Source: Phycisphaera mikurensis NBRC 102666 (GTDB taxonomy: Bacteria; Planctomycetota; Phycisphaerae; Phycisphaerales; Phycisphaeraceae). Taken from it: a DNA stretch of 32,000 nt. Position numbers and translations under genes: made by a program. The notes beneath the pieces are model-generated. The model saw only the letters and a list, made by a program, of their open reading frames with translations, did no database searches and was not told the DNA's origin. Shown piece after piece: positions 1-8,690 of this stretch. The DNA is taken from the NCBI RefSeq assembly GCF_000284115.1, contig NC_017080.1, positions 3,030,001 through 3,062,000 of the forward strand, read 5' to 3'. Numbering within the stretch: position 1 is the stretch's first letter; each line of letters begins with the position of its first letter.

Positions 1-296
1 AGTGGCGGGTCTACTGGGACGTCATCCTCCCGCTGGCCCGCCCCGGCCTGGTGACGCTGGCCATCTTCACCTTCATGGGCACCTACAACAGCTTCTTCTG
101 GCCGTTGGTGATGCTCAAGAGCGAGCACCGCTACACGCTGCCGATCGGCATCCTCGCCTTCGACACCAGCGCCGGCCAGCAGACGAATCTGATGATGGCC
201 GCCATCACCATGACGATCGTCCCGATGATCATCGTCTTCGTGCTGCTCCAGAAGCAGCTGGTCAAGGGGATCCAGCTCGGCGCCGTGAAGGGCTGA
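1..296 (+). CDS. Carbohydrate ABC transporter permease, C-terminal fragment (gene begins upstream of the window)
   Basis: Frame 3 is open from the window edge. Translation reads WRVYWDVILPLARPGLVTLAIFTFMGTYNSFFWPLVML...TMTIVPMIIVFVLLQKQLVKGIQLGAVKG*, the typical tail of MalG/UgpE-type binding-protein-dependent permeases. GC3 is high. Confidence 0.85.
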   Translation, partial: WRVYWDVILPLARPGLVTLAIFTFMGTYNSFFWPLVMLKSEHRYTLPIGILAFDTSAGQQTNLMMAAITMTIVPMIIVFVLLQKQLVKGIQLGAVKG

Positions 297-316
297 CGCG
301 TCCCGAGCCCGTGCCC

Positions 317-548
317 GGGTGCCACGCCGCCCGCGGGGTGGCGAGCGCGGGAGATGGTCGCGACGCGGCCACCCCCCAAGGGGCGTGGCACCCGGAGACC
401 CCGATCAAGCGGACATCTCGGGTGCCACGCCGCTTGCGGGGTGGGGAGCGCGGGAGGTCGTTGCGGCGCGGCCACCCCCCGAGGGGCGTGGCACCCAGAG
501 ACTCCAACCAAGCGGAGATCTCGGGTGCCACGCCGCTTGCGGGGTGGT
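317..548. repeat. 103-bp tandem repeat with 2 full copies (317-419, 420-522) and a 25-nt partial third copy; each unit contains a long imperfect hairpin
   Basis: Manual alignment gives 90/103 identical positions between copies 1 and 2. Copy 3 matches the first 25 nt of copy 2 and then diverges. Within a unit, GGGTGCCACGCC (nt 1-12) pairs with GGCGTGGCACCC (nt 66-77), and GGGGTGG pairs with CCACCCC. The array lies between two convergent genes. Confidence 0.9.
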
Positions 549-619
549 GGTCGCCGCAGGCGACGCCGACGCCCCGGAATCAGGCGGGTCGCGCCTCACG
601 CACGCCCACCGAGCCGGCT

Positions 620-1216
620 TCAGCGGATGTTCTCTTTAAGCGCCGCAATCACGGCCTGCTTGTCGTGGCTGCGGAGGGCGTCGAGGATGTGCTGGTGCTC
701 CTCGAGCACCTCCCCGTAGTCGTGCAGGCGGGAGTACGCCATGAGCATCTTGGCGCAGAGCTGCCGCCAAACCTCCATGAAGTCTTCCGCCCCGCAGGCG
801 AGCAGGACCGCCTCGTGGAAGGCCATGTCGCACCGGGCCACCGCGGCCGCGCTGTCGTTGCTGCACGCGAAGCGGAGCTCGCGCAGCGCCATCTCGATCC
901 CCGCGTAGCCCTCCTCGGTGATGTCGGCGAGGCCGGACTTCACCGCGAAGGTCTCGATCTGCACCCGCAGCGACACGATCATGTCGCGGTTCTTCTTCAC
1001 CGGGGGGTGCCGCACGGTGACGCCGCGGTTGGCGACGTAAGCGAGGAAGCCCTCGTGGGAGAGCTGCAGGAAGGCATCCCGCACCGGCCCCCGGCTGACG
1101 CCCAGCCGCTGCGCCAGCTCGACCTCGCGCAGCACGTGGCCGCCCTCGAAGTTGCCGGCCACCAACTCGTCGCGGAGCGCCCGCGTCACCTGCTCACGGA
1201 CCGTCTGTGGCTGCAT
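620..1216 (-). CDS. GntR-family transcriptional regulator, FadR subfamily (wHTH plus FCD-type helical C-terminal domain)
   Basis: MQPQTVREQVTRALRDELVAGNFEGGHVLREVELAQRLGVSRGPVRDAFLQLSHEGFLAYVANRGVTV is a classic GntR wHTH, followed by an all-helical C-terminus. ATG at 1216 was verified in the sequence. An alternative ATG lies at 1228, and the longest ORF starts at TTG 1321. A TATAGT -10-like hexamer sits at 1247-1252 on the minus strand. Confidence 0.85.
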   Translation of the reverse strand: MQPQTVREQVTRALRDELVAGNFEGGHVLREVELAQRLGVSRGPVRDAFLQLSHEGFLAYVANRGVTVRHPPVKKNRDMIVSLRVQIETFAVKSGLADITEEGYAGIEMALRELRFACSNDSAAAVARCDMAFHEAVLLACGAEDFMEVWRQLCAKMLMAYSRLHDYGEVLEEHQHILDALRSHDKQAVIAALKENIR

Positions 1217-1364
1217 GCGTCGTCCCATTCCCAATCGTCCGGCAAGACTATAAGCTTGCGGCGCGAGGAGGACAGTCCGCCGCCGGGCGGCGGCCCGACG
1301 CACCGGTCGATCTCGCCGCAATCCGCGGGATGGCGTGCCCGCGTGCCGGGCCCGCCCGGTCGCC

Positions 1365-1877
1365 TCAGGGACCGGCCACGACCCCGACCGCGGAACCGTC
1401 GGGGCACCCGCCGGCGGCCGCCTCCATCATCTGGATGTTCTCGGGCGACATCTTCGGACCCCAGTTCGCTCCGGTCGCGTCGGAGACGAGTTCAGAGCCT
1501 CCGGTCGCGTCGCCCTCCTTGCGGATCGAGACCCAGCCCACCCGGGCCTCCACCCCGGCGAGTTCGTCCACGCTCATGCCGTTGGTGATGTCCCCGGGGT
1601 CGCCGCAGGTCAGCAGCGTGACGTCGACCAGCGACGATCCCTCACCGATCTGCGGATACGACCGCACCCCGGCGCCGCCCTCCGCGGCGGGAGAGCGGGT
1701 GTCGACCGGCCGGGCGTGAACGATCTGCGTCTCGAGGTCCAGCATCCACTTCTGGTCGCTGGGGCCGCGGTCGGAACCCAGCAGGTTCACCGCGAGGAGG
1801 ACCGCCGCGATGCCGCCGACCACCGCCACGGCACCAAGCTTCAGCAGCTTCTGAGGATCATCTTTGTCGTTGGCCAT
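1365..1877 (-). CDS. Hypothetical membrane-anchored protein (single N-terminal TM helix), downstream of the pseudopilin gene
   Basis: ATG was verified at 1877 and GC3 is high. The N-terminus MANDKDDPQKLLKLGAVAVVGGIAAVLLAVNLL forms a TM anchor. I recognise no domain. Confidence 0.7.
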   Translation of the reverse strand: MANDKDDPQKLLKLGAVAVVGGIAAVLLAVNLLGSDRGPSDQKWMLDLETQIVHARPVDTRSPAAEGGAGVRSYPQIGEGSSLVDVTLLTCGDPGDITNGMSVDELAGVEARVGWVSIRKEGDATGGSELVSDATGANWGPKMSPENIQMMEAAAGGCPDGSAVGVVAGP

Positions 1878-1970
1878 GGCAGCAATCGGGAATCGTGGGG
1901 ACGGGCGTGGGCGCCGGCTCGGGGATCCGTCACCCCGGCCGCACCGCCGGAGACGGCGAAGGGCCCCGCT

Positions 1971-2873
1971 TCACTGCTTCGCGTTCCAGTAGTTCGGCCC
2001 GCCGTAACCCCCGCCGGTGGGGAACGTGTCGTCGTTCGCCAGGAACTCGACGTGGCCGTCACCGAAGAGGTGGTTGCCCCGCCACCCCGTGAAGGAGACG
2101 GTGCCGCTCGCGGCGTTCTCGCCGCTGTGGTGGGCGTAGGCCCGCTGGAGGTTGCCGGTGTTCCAGACGGCCGGGAACGCCGCGAGCACGTTCACGGACG
2201 CCCCGTCCCACCCGCCCAGGACGTTCTGCGAGGTGGTCCCGATCAGCCCCTGGTTCTCGGAGATCACGATCGTGCTCGAGCCCGAGGTGAGCTGGTCCAC
2301 CCGCAGCGTGTCCTTCAACGAGTTGCCCGTCGACGTGCCGCCGGAGGGGATGAAGGCCGCGCCCGTGACGCCGCGCAGGTAGTCCGCGGCGCCGGTGGTC
2401 CCGCTGTTGCGGACGTTCATCGCGTAGGTCCGCGGCGACCGCGCCGACGGGTCGTAGCTCGTCGTGGTGATCGTCCCCTCGGCGGTGAAGCTCAGCGGGC
2501 ACTCGTACAACGGGTATCGGAAGGTGTCGTCCGGCACGGCGCCGGGGTTGGTCCCCCGGAACCAGTCGATCGAGCGGCCGTCGTACCCGCCCGTCGCGAG
2601 CGCGTCGTCCCAGGTGTACTGGTCCCCGCCGTAGTCGATCTGCTGGGCCGGCGGGTAGTAGTCCTTCGCATCCGCCGTGTAGGCCGCGATCGCGCGGCCG
2701 AGCTGCTGCTCCTGGGTGCCGCAGGCGAGCACGCGGGCCGTGCGGCGGGCGGCGCCCAGAGCCGGCAGCAGGATGCCGATCAGCAGGGCGATGATGCTGA
2801 TGACCACCAGCAGCTCGATCAGCGTGAAGCCGACGGGTCCGGGGGAAGAACGACGGGGGGCGGGAACGGGCAA
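1971..2873 (-). CDS. Prepilin-type N-terminal cleavage/methylation domain protein, DUF1559 / H-X9-DG class (type II/IV pseudopilin-like)
   Basis: GFTLIELLVVISIIALLIGILLPAL is the class III signal plus hydrophobic helix. The C-terminal HLFGDGHVEFL matches the H-X9-DG motif. I place the start at TTG 2873 because AAGGAG lies 6 nt upstream. The longest-ORF start (TTG 2987) would overlap the candidate promoter. Confidence 0.85.
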   Translation of the reverse strand: MPVPAPRRSSPGPVGFTLIELLVVISIIALLIGILLPALGAARRTARVLACGTQEQQLGRAIAAYTADAKDYYPPAQQIDYGGDQYTWDDALATGGYDGRSIDWFRGTNPGAVPDDTFRYPLYECPLSFTAEGTITTTSYDPSARSPRTYAMNVRNSGTTGAADYLRGVTGAAFIPSGGTSTGNSLKDTLRVDQLTSGSSTIVISENQGLIGTTSQNVLGGWDGASVNVLAAFPAVWNTGNLQRAYAHHSGENAASGTVSFTGWRGNHLFGDGHVEFLANDDTFPTGGGYGGPNYWNAKQ

Positions 2874-2951
2874 CGGAAACTCCTTGAGGGGAGGAAGGGA
2901 GGGGGCAGAGCGCAGGCCCGGGACGCCGCGAGTGGGCAACCGAGGGAAGGC

Positions 2952-2987
2952 ATTGTTGACAATATGCACCAAACGTCCGCCCGTCAA
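2952..2987 (-). promoter_or_regulatory. Candidate sigma70-like promoter of the pseudopilin operon with overlapping operator-like motif (site A, ATTGTTGACAAT 2952-2963)
   Basis: The minus strand reads TTGACG (2987-2982), a 17-nt spacer, then TATTGT (2964-2959), immediately followed by CAACAAT. This AT-rich sequence sits in a very GC-rich background. Confidence 0.45.
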
Positions 2988-3095
2988 GCGGCGTGCGTAG
3001 TGGAATCCACCACGCCTCCCTCCACTCCGGCGGCTCGCGTCGTTCCGGGGCGAAGAGCCGCCGATCCCCCGCGGCGCCCCCGCCCCGCATCGCGG

Positions 3096-3141
3096 CCGCG
3101 GACCGCGAGCGGAATCGGCGGGATCCGCCGACGGTCCGCGG
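3096..3141. terminator. GC-rich stem-loop of the CCGCGGACCG/CGGTCCGCGG family, just downstream of the glycoside hydrolase stop
   Basis: CCGCGGACCG (3096-3105) is the reverse complement of CGGTCCGCGG (3132-3141). The loop contains a nested CGGCGG-GAT-CCGCCG hairpin. There is no U-tract. Confidence 0.45.
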
Positions 3142-3150
3142 ATCCGGGCG

Positions 3151-5028
3151 TCAGCGCGGCGCCCCGAACACCCGCATCGTGAGGCTGCTCACGTGGCCGC
3201 CGGGCTCGGCGAACGTCAGCTCCACCTCGTTGTCCTCCTCCAGCGCCTCCGCGGGCACCGGGATCTCCAGGATCCCGAAGAAGCTGTTGCGGCTCTTCTG
3301 ATCGAAGCCGCGCCAATCGGTCGGCACCTCCAGCTCGTGGCCGTTGAAGCGGACACCGGGCCGCAGCGAGCGGCCGTGCTTGCGGCCCAGGCCCAGGCGC
3401 AGCACACCCGTCGCGCCCTCGCCGGCGTCCACGCCGTCGATCTCGAAGGCCAGCGGGCCGTCGCCGATCTCCCGGAGGTAGGCGTCGGCGTAGTGTTTGC
3501 GCTCGCGCACGGTGGCCTCCGCGTCGATCGCGCGGTCGTAGGCGAGCTTCAGGATCGCGGTGCCCTCGGTCCCGATCTCCAGCTCGCCGGGCACCGCGTC
3601 GGATTCGGTCCGGTCGATCACCGGCTTGCCGTCGGGGGCGTGCAGGTGGCGGATCGAGACGCTCCGCAGCGTGGCCCCCCGCGGCGTCGCCACGGCCGGC
3701 GACACGGTGACCGGCTCCAGGTCGAGGTTGTTGAGCACGAGGTAGGCGGTGTCGCCGTCGACGAAGCCCGCGGTCTGGACGTCGGGATCGTCCGACGTCG
3801 TCACGAAGCGCTCGCCGCGGACCTCGTCCCAGAACTTGAAGAACTTGATCAACTCGGTGTAGACCCACGCACCCTGCTCGTTCTCCCGCATCAGGCGGGG
3901 GCCGTAGGGCGTGCCCATCGAGTTGCTGTACCACAACGCCTTCAGGATCATGAAGGGCATCACCTTCTCCATGACCTGGGGCCGCTCCATCATCCCCATC
4001 ATCATCCCGCACCACGCGTTGAGCTGGAGCCAGTCGCGCTCCGGCGACCAGGGGTCGGGCGTGTAGCCGGTGTCGAAGGCGCCGAACTCGGAGATCAGCA
4101 GCGGCTTGACCTCGCCGAGGTCGACCTTGGAGGCGTGCTCGAGCATGTCGAGCACCGCCTCCATGCGGGCGCCCTTGATCCGCCACTGCAGGCCGCGCTT
4201 CCAGCCCTTGTCGTAGAAGTGCACCCCGAAGAAGTCCATGTTGTCGCCGGCGATGGGGATGAACCGCCCCCAGGTCTTCCGCCACTCGTCGAAGTCGTCC
4301 TTCTCGAAGTCGGTCGAGGCCTGGCAGTAACCGCCGATGAGCAGGTCCGGGTGCATCGGACGCACGGCGTCGGCGACGGTGTTGTGGTAGTGGAAGATGT
4401 CGTCGGGCGTCACCGAACCGTCGGCGTCCTTCGCGTCGACCAGCTCGTACACCGGCTCGTTCATCACCTCGAAGTAGACCGGCTTGGGCTGCCCGTGGAT
4501 CCCGTCGGCGTCGCCGAAGAAGTGCGTGAAGTAGCCGGCGAGGTACTTGCCGGTTGCCTCGGCGTCGGCGAAGGCCCAGCCCATCTTCGTCTCCTTGCCG
4601 TCGGGCCAGAAGGGGTGGATGTGGGTGGAGGTCATCAGCGCCGTCCGCGCCTCGTAGCGGTGCAGGTCGGTCCTCTTGGCGTAGCTCTGGCGGAAGGTCC
4701 GGCCGAGCTCTTCCATGTGGGCGGGCGAGGCGTGGCCCGGGTTCCGGGGGTCCTCCTTCAGCTTGCCGAGCGCGTAGGAAGGCCCGCCGACCTCGCGGCC
4801 GAGGTAGACGTCGTGCCCCTCGAGCAGCTCCTCCCGCTGCTCGACGCTCTCCCACTCGCCCTCGGTCGCCATCGAGTGCAGGTTGATGTACTTCTCCCGC
4901 TCGAAGGTCGCGACGTCGCCGATGACGTGGCGGGTGGCGGGATCGGCAGCGACCTCCACCGGCGCGGCGGAGGCGGTGAACGCGGAGCAGAGAACGGGTG
5001 CGGCGAGGACGAGGTGCTGGAGCTTCAT
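3151..5028 (-). CDS. Secreted clan GH-A (beta/alpha)8 glycoside hydrolase with C-terminal beta-sandwich region; candidate beta-agarase/porphyranase (GH86- or GH50-like, family unresolved)
   Basis: ATG was verified at 5028 and the signal peptide is MKLQHLVLAAPVLCSAFTASA|AP. VYFEVMNEP is the NEP acid/base motif. LLISEFG, about 120 aa later, is the nucleophile motif, as expected for clan GH-A. The listed 1,257-aa ORF (to 6924) is a GC-driven extension over the upstream transporter gene. Confidence 0.85.
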   Translation of the reverse strand: MKLQHLVLAAPVLCSAFTASAAPVEVAADPATRHVIGDVATFEREKYINLHSMATEGEWESVEQREELLEGHDVYLGREVGGPSYALGKLKEDPRNPGHASPAHMEELGRTFRQSYAKRTDLHRYEARTALMTSTHIHPFWPDGKETKMGWAFADAEATGKYLAGYFTHFFGDADGIHGQPKPVYFEVMNEPVYELVDAKDADGSVTPDDIFHYHNTVADAVRPMHPDLLIGGYCQASTDFEKDDFDEWRKTWGRFIPIAGDNMDFFGVHFYDKGWKRGLQWRIKGARMEAVLDMLEHASKVDLGEVKPLLISEFGAFDTGYTPDPWSPERDWLQLNAWCGMMMGMMERPQVMEKVMPFMILKALWYSNSMGTPYGPRLMRENEQGAWVYTELIKFFKFWDEVRGERFVTTSDDPDVQTAGFVDGDTAYLVLNNLDLEPVTVSPAVATPRGATLRSVSIRHLHAPDGKPVIDRTESDAVPGELEIGTEGTAILKLAYDRAIDAEATVRERKHYADAYLREIGDGPLAFEIDGVDAGEGATGVLRLGLGRKHGRSLRPGVRFNGHELEVPTDWRGFDQKSRNSFFGILEIPVPAEALEEDNEVELTFAEPGGHVSSLTMRVFGAPR

Positions 5029-5063
5029 GGGCGAATTGGGAGATCGAGGCAACGGGGCAGGGA

Positions 5064-6503
5064 TCAGACCGCCGGGCGGCGCTCTTCGAGTTCGGTCCGG
5101 ATCTCCAGCAGCCGCTTCTTCGAGAGCGGGTACTGCCAGAGCAGCAGGAACACCAGGGCCGTGAAGCTGGCCTGCACCGCCACGTAGCACGCCTTGAGCA
5201 TGAACATCGTGTGGGGGGTCTGCACCGCCTCGGGCGTGGCGTCGTAGCGGATGACGTAGTCGAGCAGCAGCCCGCCGATGAGCACCGAGACCGTCATCGA
5301 CAGCTTCACGAGCCAGTTGCCCGCGGCGGCGATGAGGCCCTCGCGGCGGCGGCCGAACCTCCACTCGTCGTAGTCGCCGATGTCCGCCCGCATCGAGATC
5401 GCCAGCACCCAGAAGCCCGTCTCGGCCATGGCCAGGAAGGGCCGCGAGGCGAGGGTGAGGTACGGCCGGCCGGGCAGGTACGTCCACCACCAGCTCAGCG
5501 TGCCGACGAACAGCACCGCGACGCAGGCGAGCAGCAGCTTCTTCTTCTCGACCCGCCGCGAGAGCCACTGCGTGAGGATGGCGCCGAGGATGCCGAAGAC
5601 CAGCCCCACCGTGCCGTGGTGGCCGCCGAGGATCGCGCCCGCCTGGATGTCGCCGCCGCAGACGTAGTACGTGTGGACGTAGAAGCCCAGCACGCTGTTG
5701 GTCATGATCCCGAAGAGGTACAGGGCGATCGAGCCCATCACGATCCAGAAGGGCCCGTTGCGGACCAGCGTCTTCATCCCCCTGAGCGGGTTCTCCTTCT
5801 CCTGGGCCTGGCCGACCTCCTGGTACCGCTCCACGCAGAAGATCGCCGGGACGACGCCAGCGAAGACGATCACCAGGCCCACCAGCACGCTCACCAGGCG
5901 GATGCCGTTGATGAGCCCGCCGAACACGGTGAGCGAGGCGAGCGGGAGGATCCAGGGGATGCCCAGGTCGAACGCCCGCTGCACGTAGGTGCGGACGGCG
6001 TAGATGTCCGTCCGCTCCTGGTAGTCGGGCGTGAGCTCCATGCCCAGCGACTCGTACGGCACCGAGAGCAGCGAGTAAGCGGTGTAGTAGACGAGCAGGA
6101 TGCCGCACAGCCAGGCGAAGGTCCAGCCGTCGGACCAGCTCTCCGGCACCAGCCAGATCAACGGGAACACGACGCCGGCGCACACCGCGCCCGCGAGCAG
6201 GAAGGGCCGGCGACGCCCGAAGCGGCTGCGGCAGTTGTCCGAGAGCGAGCCGACCAGCGGGTCGTTCACCGCGTCCCACAGGCGGGCGAGGGCCATCGCT
6301 CCGGCGACGGCGGTGGCGCTGAGTCCCAGCGTCACGTTGAAGAACGGCAGGATGAACGCCCCGAGCGCGAACATCGCGTAGTGGTCGCTGACCACGCCCA
6401 TCGCGTACGCGCACTTCTGGCCGAGCGGCACGCGGTCCTCGGGCCGCACGGGCGGATCGACGCGGGCGGCCGCCGGAGCGGGCGGATCGGCTGGATCGGG
6501 CAT
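5064..6503 (-). CDS. Glycoside-pentoside-hexuronide (GPH):cation symporter family MFS transporter (MelB/YicJ-like)
   Basis: ATG was verified at 6503. The protein has about 12 hydrophobic segments and the motif LWDAVNDPLVGSLSDNCRSRFGRRRPFLL, typical of GPH transporters. It lies directly upstream of the GH gene on the same strand. Confidence 0.9.
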   Translation of the reverse strand: MPDPADPPAPAAARVDPPVRPEDRVPLGQKCAYAMGVVSDHYAMFALGAFILPFFNVTLGLSATAVAGAMALARLWDAVNDPLVGSLSDNCRSRFGRRRPFLLAGAVCAGVVFPLIWLVPESWSDGWTFAWLCGILLVYYTAYSLLSVPYESLGMELTPDYQERTDIYAVRTYVQRAFDLGIPWILPLASLTVFGGLINGIRLVSVLVGLVIVFAGVVPAIFCVERYQEVGQAQEKENPLRGMKTLVRNGPFWIVMGSIALYLFGIMTNSVLGFYVHTYYVCGGDIQAGAILGGHHGTVGLVFGILGAILTQWLSRRVEKKKLLLACVAVLFVGTLSWWWTYLPGRPYLTLASRPFLAMAETGFWVLAISMRADIGDYDEWRFGRRREGLIAAAGNWLVKLSMTVSVLIGGLLLDYVIRYDATPEAVQTPHTMFMLKACYVAVQASFTALVFLLLWQYPLSKKRLLEIRTELEERRPAV

Positions 6504-6560
6504 GGCGGAGGCGACCGGAAGAGACGGGCCGTGACCGGGGGCGGACCCGGCGACGCCCGG

Positions 6561-6577
6561 ACTGTAAACAATTGTCA
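6561..6577. promoter_or_regulatory. Operator-like motif site E (ATTGTTTACAGT on the minus strand; contains the ACAATTGT palindrome) in the divergent MFS / FG-GAP intergenic region
   Basis: The plus strand reads ACTGTAAACAATTGTCA. It is one of six related AT-rich sites confined to promoter regions of the sugar locus. Confidence 0.45.
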
Positions 6578-6619
6578 GAGCAGGCCCGCTTCCGCGACGT
6601 CGGCGCCACCCGCCGCCGG

Positions 6620-6636
6620 TAGAGTGTCAACAACAC
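6620..6636. promoter_or_regulatory. Operator-like motif site F (GTTGTTGACACT on the minus strand) abutting a TAGAGT -10-like hexamer that faces the FG-GAP gene
   Basis: The plus strand reads TAGAGTGTCAACAACAC, nearly identical to the minus-strand sequence TATAGTGTCAACAATTG at site B. Confidence 0.45.
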
Positions 6637-6736
6637 GCCGCGCATCCGGTCGTCCCGCTCCCGGCAGAGACGGGCCGCCGGAGCGTTCAAAGCTCGGTCT
6701 CCCCCTCTCGCCGCCGCTCCATCCAGAACACACGAC

Positions 6737-8680
6737 ATGCTCCATCCGGTCCGCCGCTCTCCCGCCCTGCTGACGCTCGGCTCCGCCTTTGCCCTCGCTC
6801 CTCTCGCGGCGGCGGAGCTCCCCTCGCCGCTGGGCGCGGTCCACTTCTTCGACGTCACCGCCTCGGTGGGCATCGTCTCGCCGCCGGATTGGAAGTACGG
6901 CGGCCCGCTGGTCGCCGACTTCAACGGCGACGGCCTCTACGACCTGGTGCTGCAGAACCACGACCAGACGCCGCTTCTGCTGTATTTCGCCAACGGCGAC
7001 GGCACCTACACCCAGCAGAAGGACCCGTACCACCGGGCCGACTTCCACGGGCTCGCGGCGGGTGACTACGACGCCGACGGCGACCCGGACTTCCTGATCT
7101 CGCTCGGCGGCGGCAACGCGACCAACCCCAAGCCGCCCCGGCTGCTCCGCAACGAGGGCGGGGGTGAATTCGAAGACGTCACCGAGACCTCCGGCTTCGC
7201 CGACATCGGCGGCCGCGGCCGCTCCGTGGCGCTCAGCGACCTCGACGACGACGGCGACCTGGACCTGCTGACCATCAACGCCAAGCAGGCGGCGGGCGAG
7301 ACCGGCCCGCGGAACTTCCTCGCGGAGAACCTCGGCGACGGCACATTCGAGCCGCGGAGCAGCGCCGGCTTCGATCAGACCGAGGCGGAGAAGGTCTTCA
7401 TGACCGACTTCGACGGCGACGGGTTCCCCGACGCCATCACCTTCGGGCCGTGGAACGCCGTCAAGTTCTGGAAGGGCGACGGCAGCTTCGGCCTCACCGA
7501 CGTCACCGAGCAGTGGCTGCCCGCCGACCTCCAGAACGCCCGCAGCGTGGAGGCCGTCGCCGAGGCGGACTTCGACAACGACGGCGACCCGGACTACTAC
7601 CTCGCCCGCGGCGGCATGACCAACAACAACGTGGTGGAGGTCGACCCCGAACGCAGCCGCCTCGACATCAAGACCCAGGGCCGCGTGGGCGACCTGGCCC
7701 TCACCTTCCAGACCGAGCCGGGGTCCTCGGGCATCGACCTCACGCGTTTCCACCGGGCGGAGAAGCCCAAGCCCAGCGAGTTCCCCGTCTTCCTGGGGGC
7801 CGAGAAGGAGGAGATCCCGGCGCCGCACGAGATGAAGTGGGTCGGCCCGCCGATGGCCAAGGGCTTCCCCGAAGAGCTCGGCGACAGCGGCTGGTACCTG
7901 GGCCACCTCGGCGACAAGCAGTGGAAGCTCGTCTACCACGCGACCGAGTGGACGGCCTGGAGCGCGAGCGCGTCGTTCATCAACGTCGCCAGCTACGAGG
8001 CGGACTTCAAGGTCGGCAACCCCGACCTGCCCGACCTGTTGCTCCGCAACGACGGCTCCAGCCTCGCCGACGTGTCCGACGGGCTCCCGGAGCTGACCGG
8101 CGACACCAGCCGCGGCGTGGTCGCCGGCGACTTCAACAACGACGGCGGCACCGACTTGTTCGTCTACCGCCACGGCGACCTCACGACCCGGCTGCCCGAC
8201 CTGCTGCTCCTCAACGACGGCGGCGCCGACGGCGGCTTCGCCTTCACGCAGCACCTCGACCACAACGCCACCGACACCAGCGCCGCAGCCCACGGCGACA
8301 TGGGCGCCGCCTTCGACCACGACCTCGACGGGAAGCTCGACCTGTTCAGCGGGGACGCCGACGACGGCAGCTGGCACCTCTACGAGAACCACACCGCCGA
8401 CGCCGACACCGGGAACTTCCTGCTCGTGCGCGTCGGTCGCTCCCCCGGCGGCGTGGACCCCCTCGGCGCGATCGTCCGCGTCGACGCCGGCCACGGCACG
8501 CCGATGCTCCGCGTCGGCGCCGGCGCCTCCGCCTTCTCGCAGAATCTGCTCGACACGCTGCACTTCGGCCTCGGCGACGCCGACGCCGCGGCGAGCGTGA
8601 CCGTCACGTGGCGCGACGGGACCGAGGAGACGCTCGAGAACATCGACGCGAACCAGCGGATCGAGGTCGGCTCGTTCTGA
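6737..8680 (+). CDS. Secreted FG-GAP/VCBS repeat protein with ASPIC/UnbV-type C-terminus (CRTAC1-family-like)
   Basis: ATG was verified at 6737 and a signal peptide is present. DxDxDGxxD-type repeats recur (ADFNGDGLYDLV, GDYDADGDPDFL, SDLDDDGDLDLL, TDFDGDGFPDAI, ADFDNDGDPDYY, GDFNNDGGTDLF, DHDLDGKLDLF). The C-terminus reads RVGAGASAFSQNLLDTLHFGLG...VTVTWRDG. Confidence 0.9.
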   Translation: MLHPVRRSPALLTLGSAFALAPLAAAELPSPLGAVHFFDVTASVGIVSPPDWKYGGPLVADFNGDGLYDLVLQNHDQTPLLLYFANGDGTYTQQKDPYHRADFHGLAAGDYDADGDPDFLISLGGGNATNPKPPRLLRNEGGGEFEDVTETSGFADIGGRGRSVALSDLDDDGDLDLLTINAKQAAGETGPRNFLAENLGDGTFEPRSSAGFDQTEAEKVFMTDFDGDGFPDAITFGPWNAVKFWKGDGSFGLTDVTEQWLPADLQNARSVEAVAEADFDNDGDPDYYLARGGMTNNNVVEVDPERSRLDIKTQGRVGDLALTFQTEPGSSGIDLTRFHRAEKPKPSEFPVFLGAEKEEIPAPHEMKWVGPPMAKGFPEELGDSGWYLGHLGDKQWKLVYHATEWTAWSASASFINVASYEADFKVGNPDLPDLLLRNDGSSLADVSDGLPELTGDTSRGVVAGDFNNDGGTDLFVYRHGDLTTRLPDLLLLNDGGADGGFAFTQHLDHNATDTSAAAHGDMGAAFDHDLDGKLDLFSGDADDGSWHLYENHTADADTGNFLLVRVGRSPGGVDPLGAIVRVDAGHGTPMLRVGAGASAFSQNLLDTLHFGLGDADAAASVTVTWRDGTEETLENIDANQRIEVGSF

Positions 8681-8690
8681 TCCGACGGGA

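Noticed and set aside
317-548. Possible CRISPR array.
   Set aside because: The whole 103-bp unit repeats, so there are no short repeats separated by unique spacers. There are only about 2.25 copies and no cas genes.
2955-2960. The TTGACA inside the recurring 12-mer could be a canonical -35 box (also at 10499-10504, 10581-10586 and, on the minus strand, 6631-6626).
   Set aside because: None of the sites has a -10-like hexamer 16-18 nt downstream in the matching orientation. In three cases the motif instead sits immediately downstream of a -10-like hexamer on the opposite reading direction. An operator interpretation fits better.
3151-6924. A 1,257-aa minus-strand ORF suggests a giant glycoside hydrolase.
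   Set aside because: The N-terminal ~630 aa are Arg/Pro/Gly-rich low-complexity sequence lying over the well-supported GPH transporter gene in another frame. A clean ATG plus signal peptide occurs at 5028. The extension is an artefact of the lack of stop codons in GC-rich DNA.
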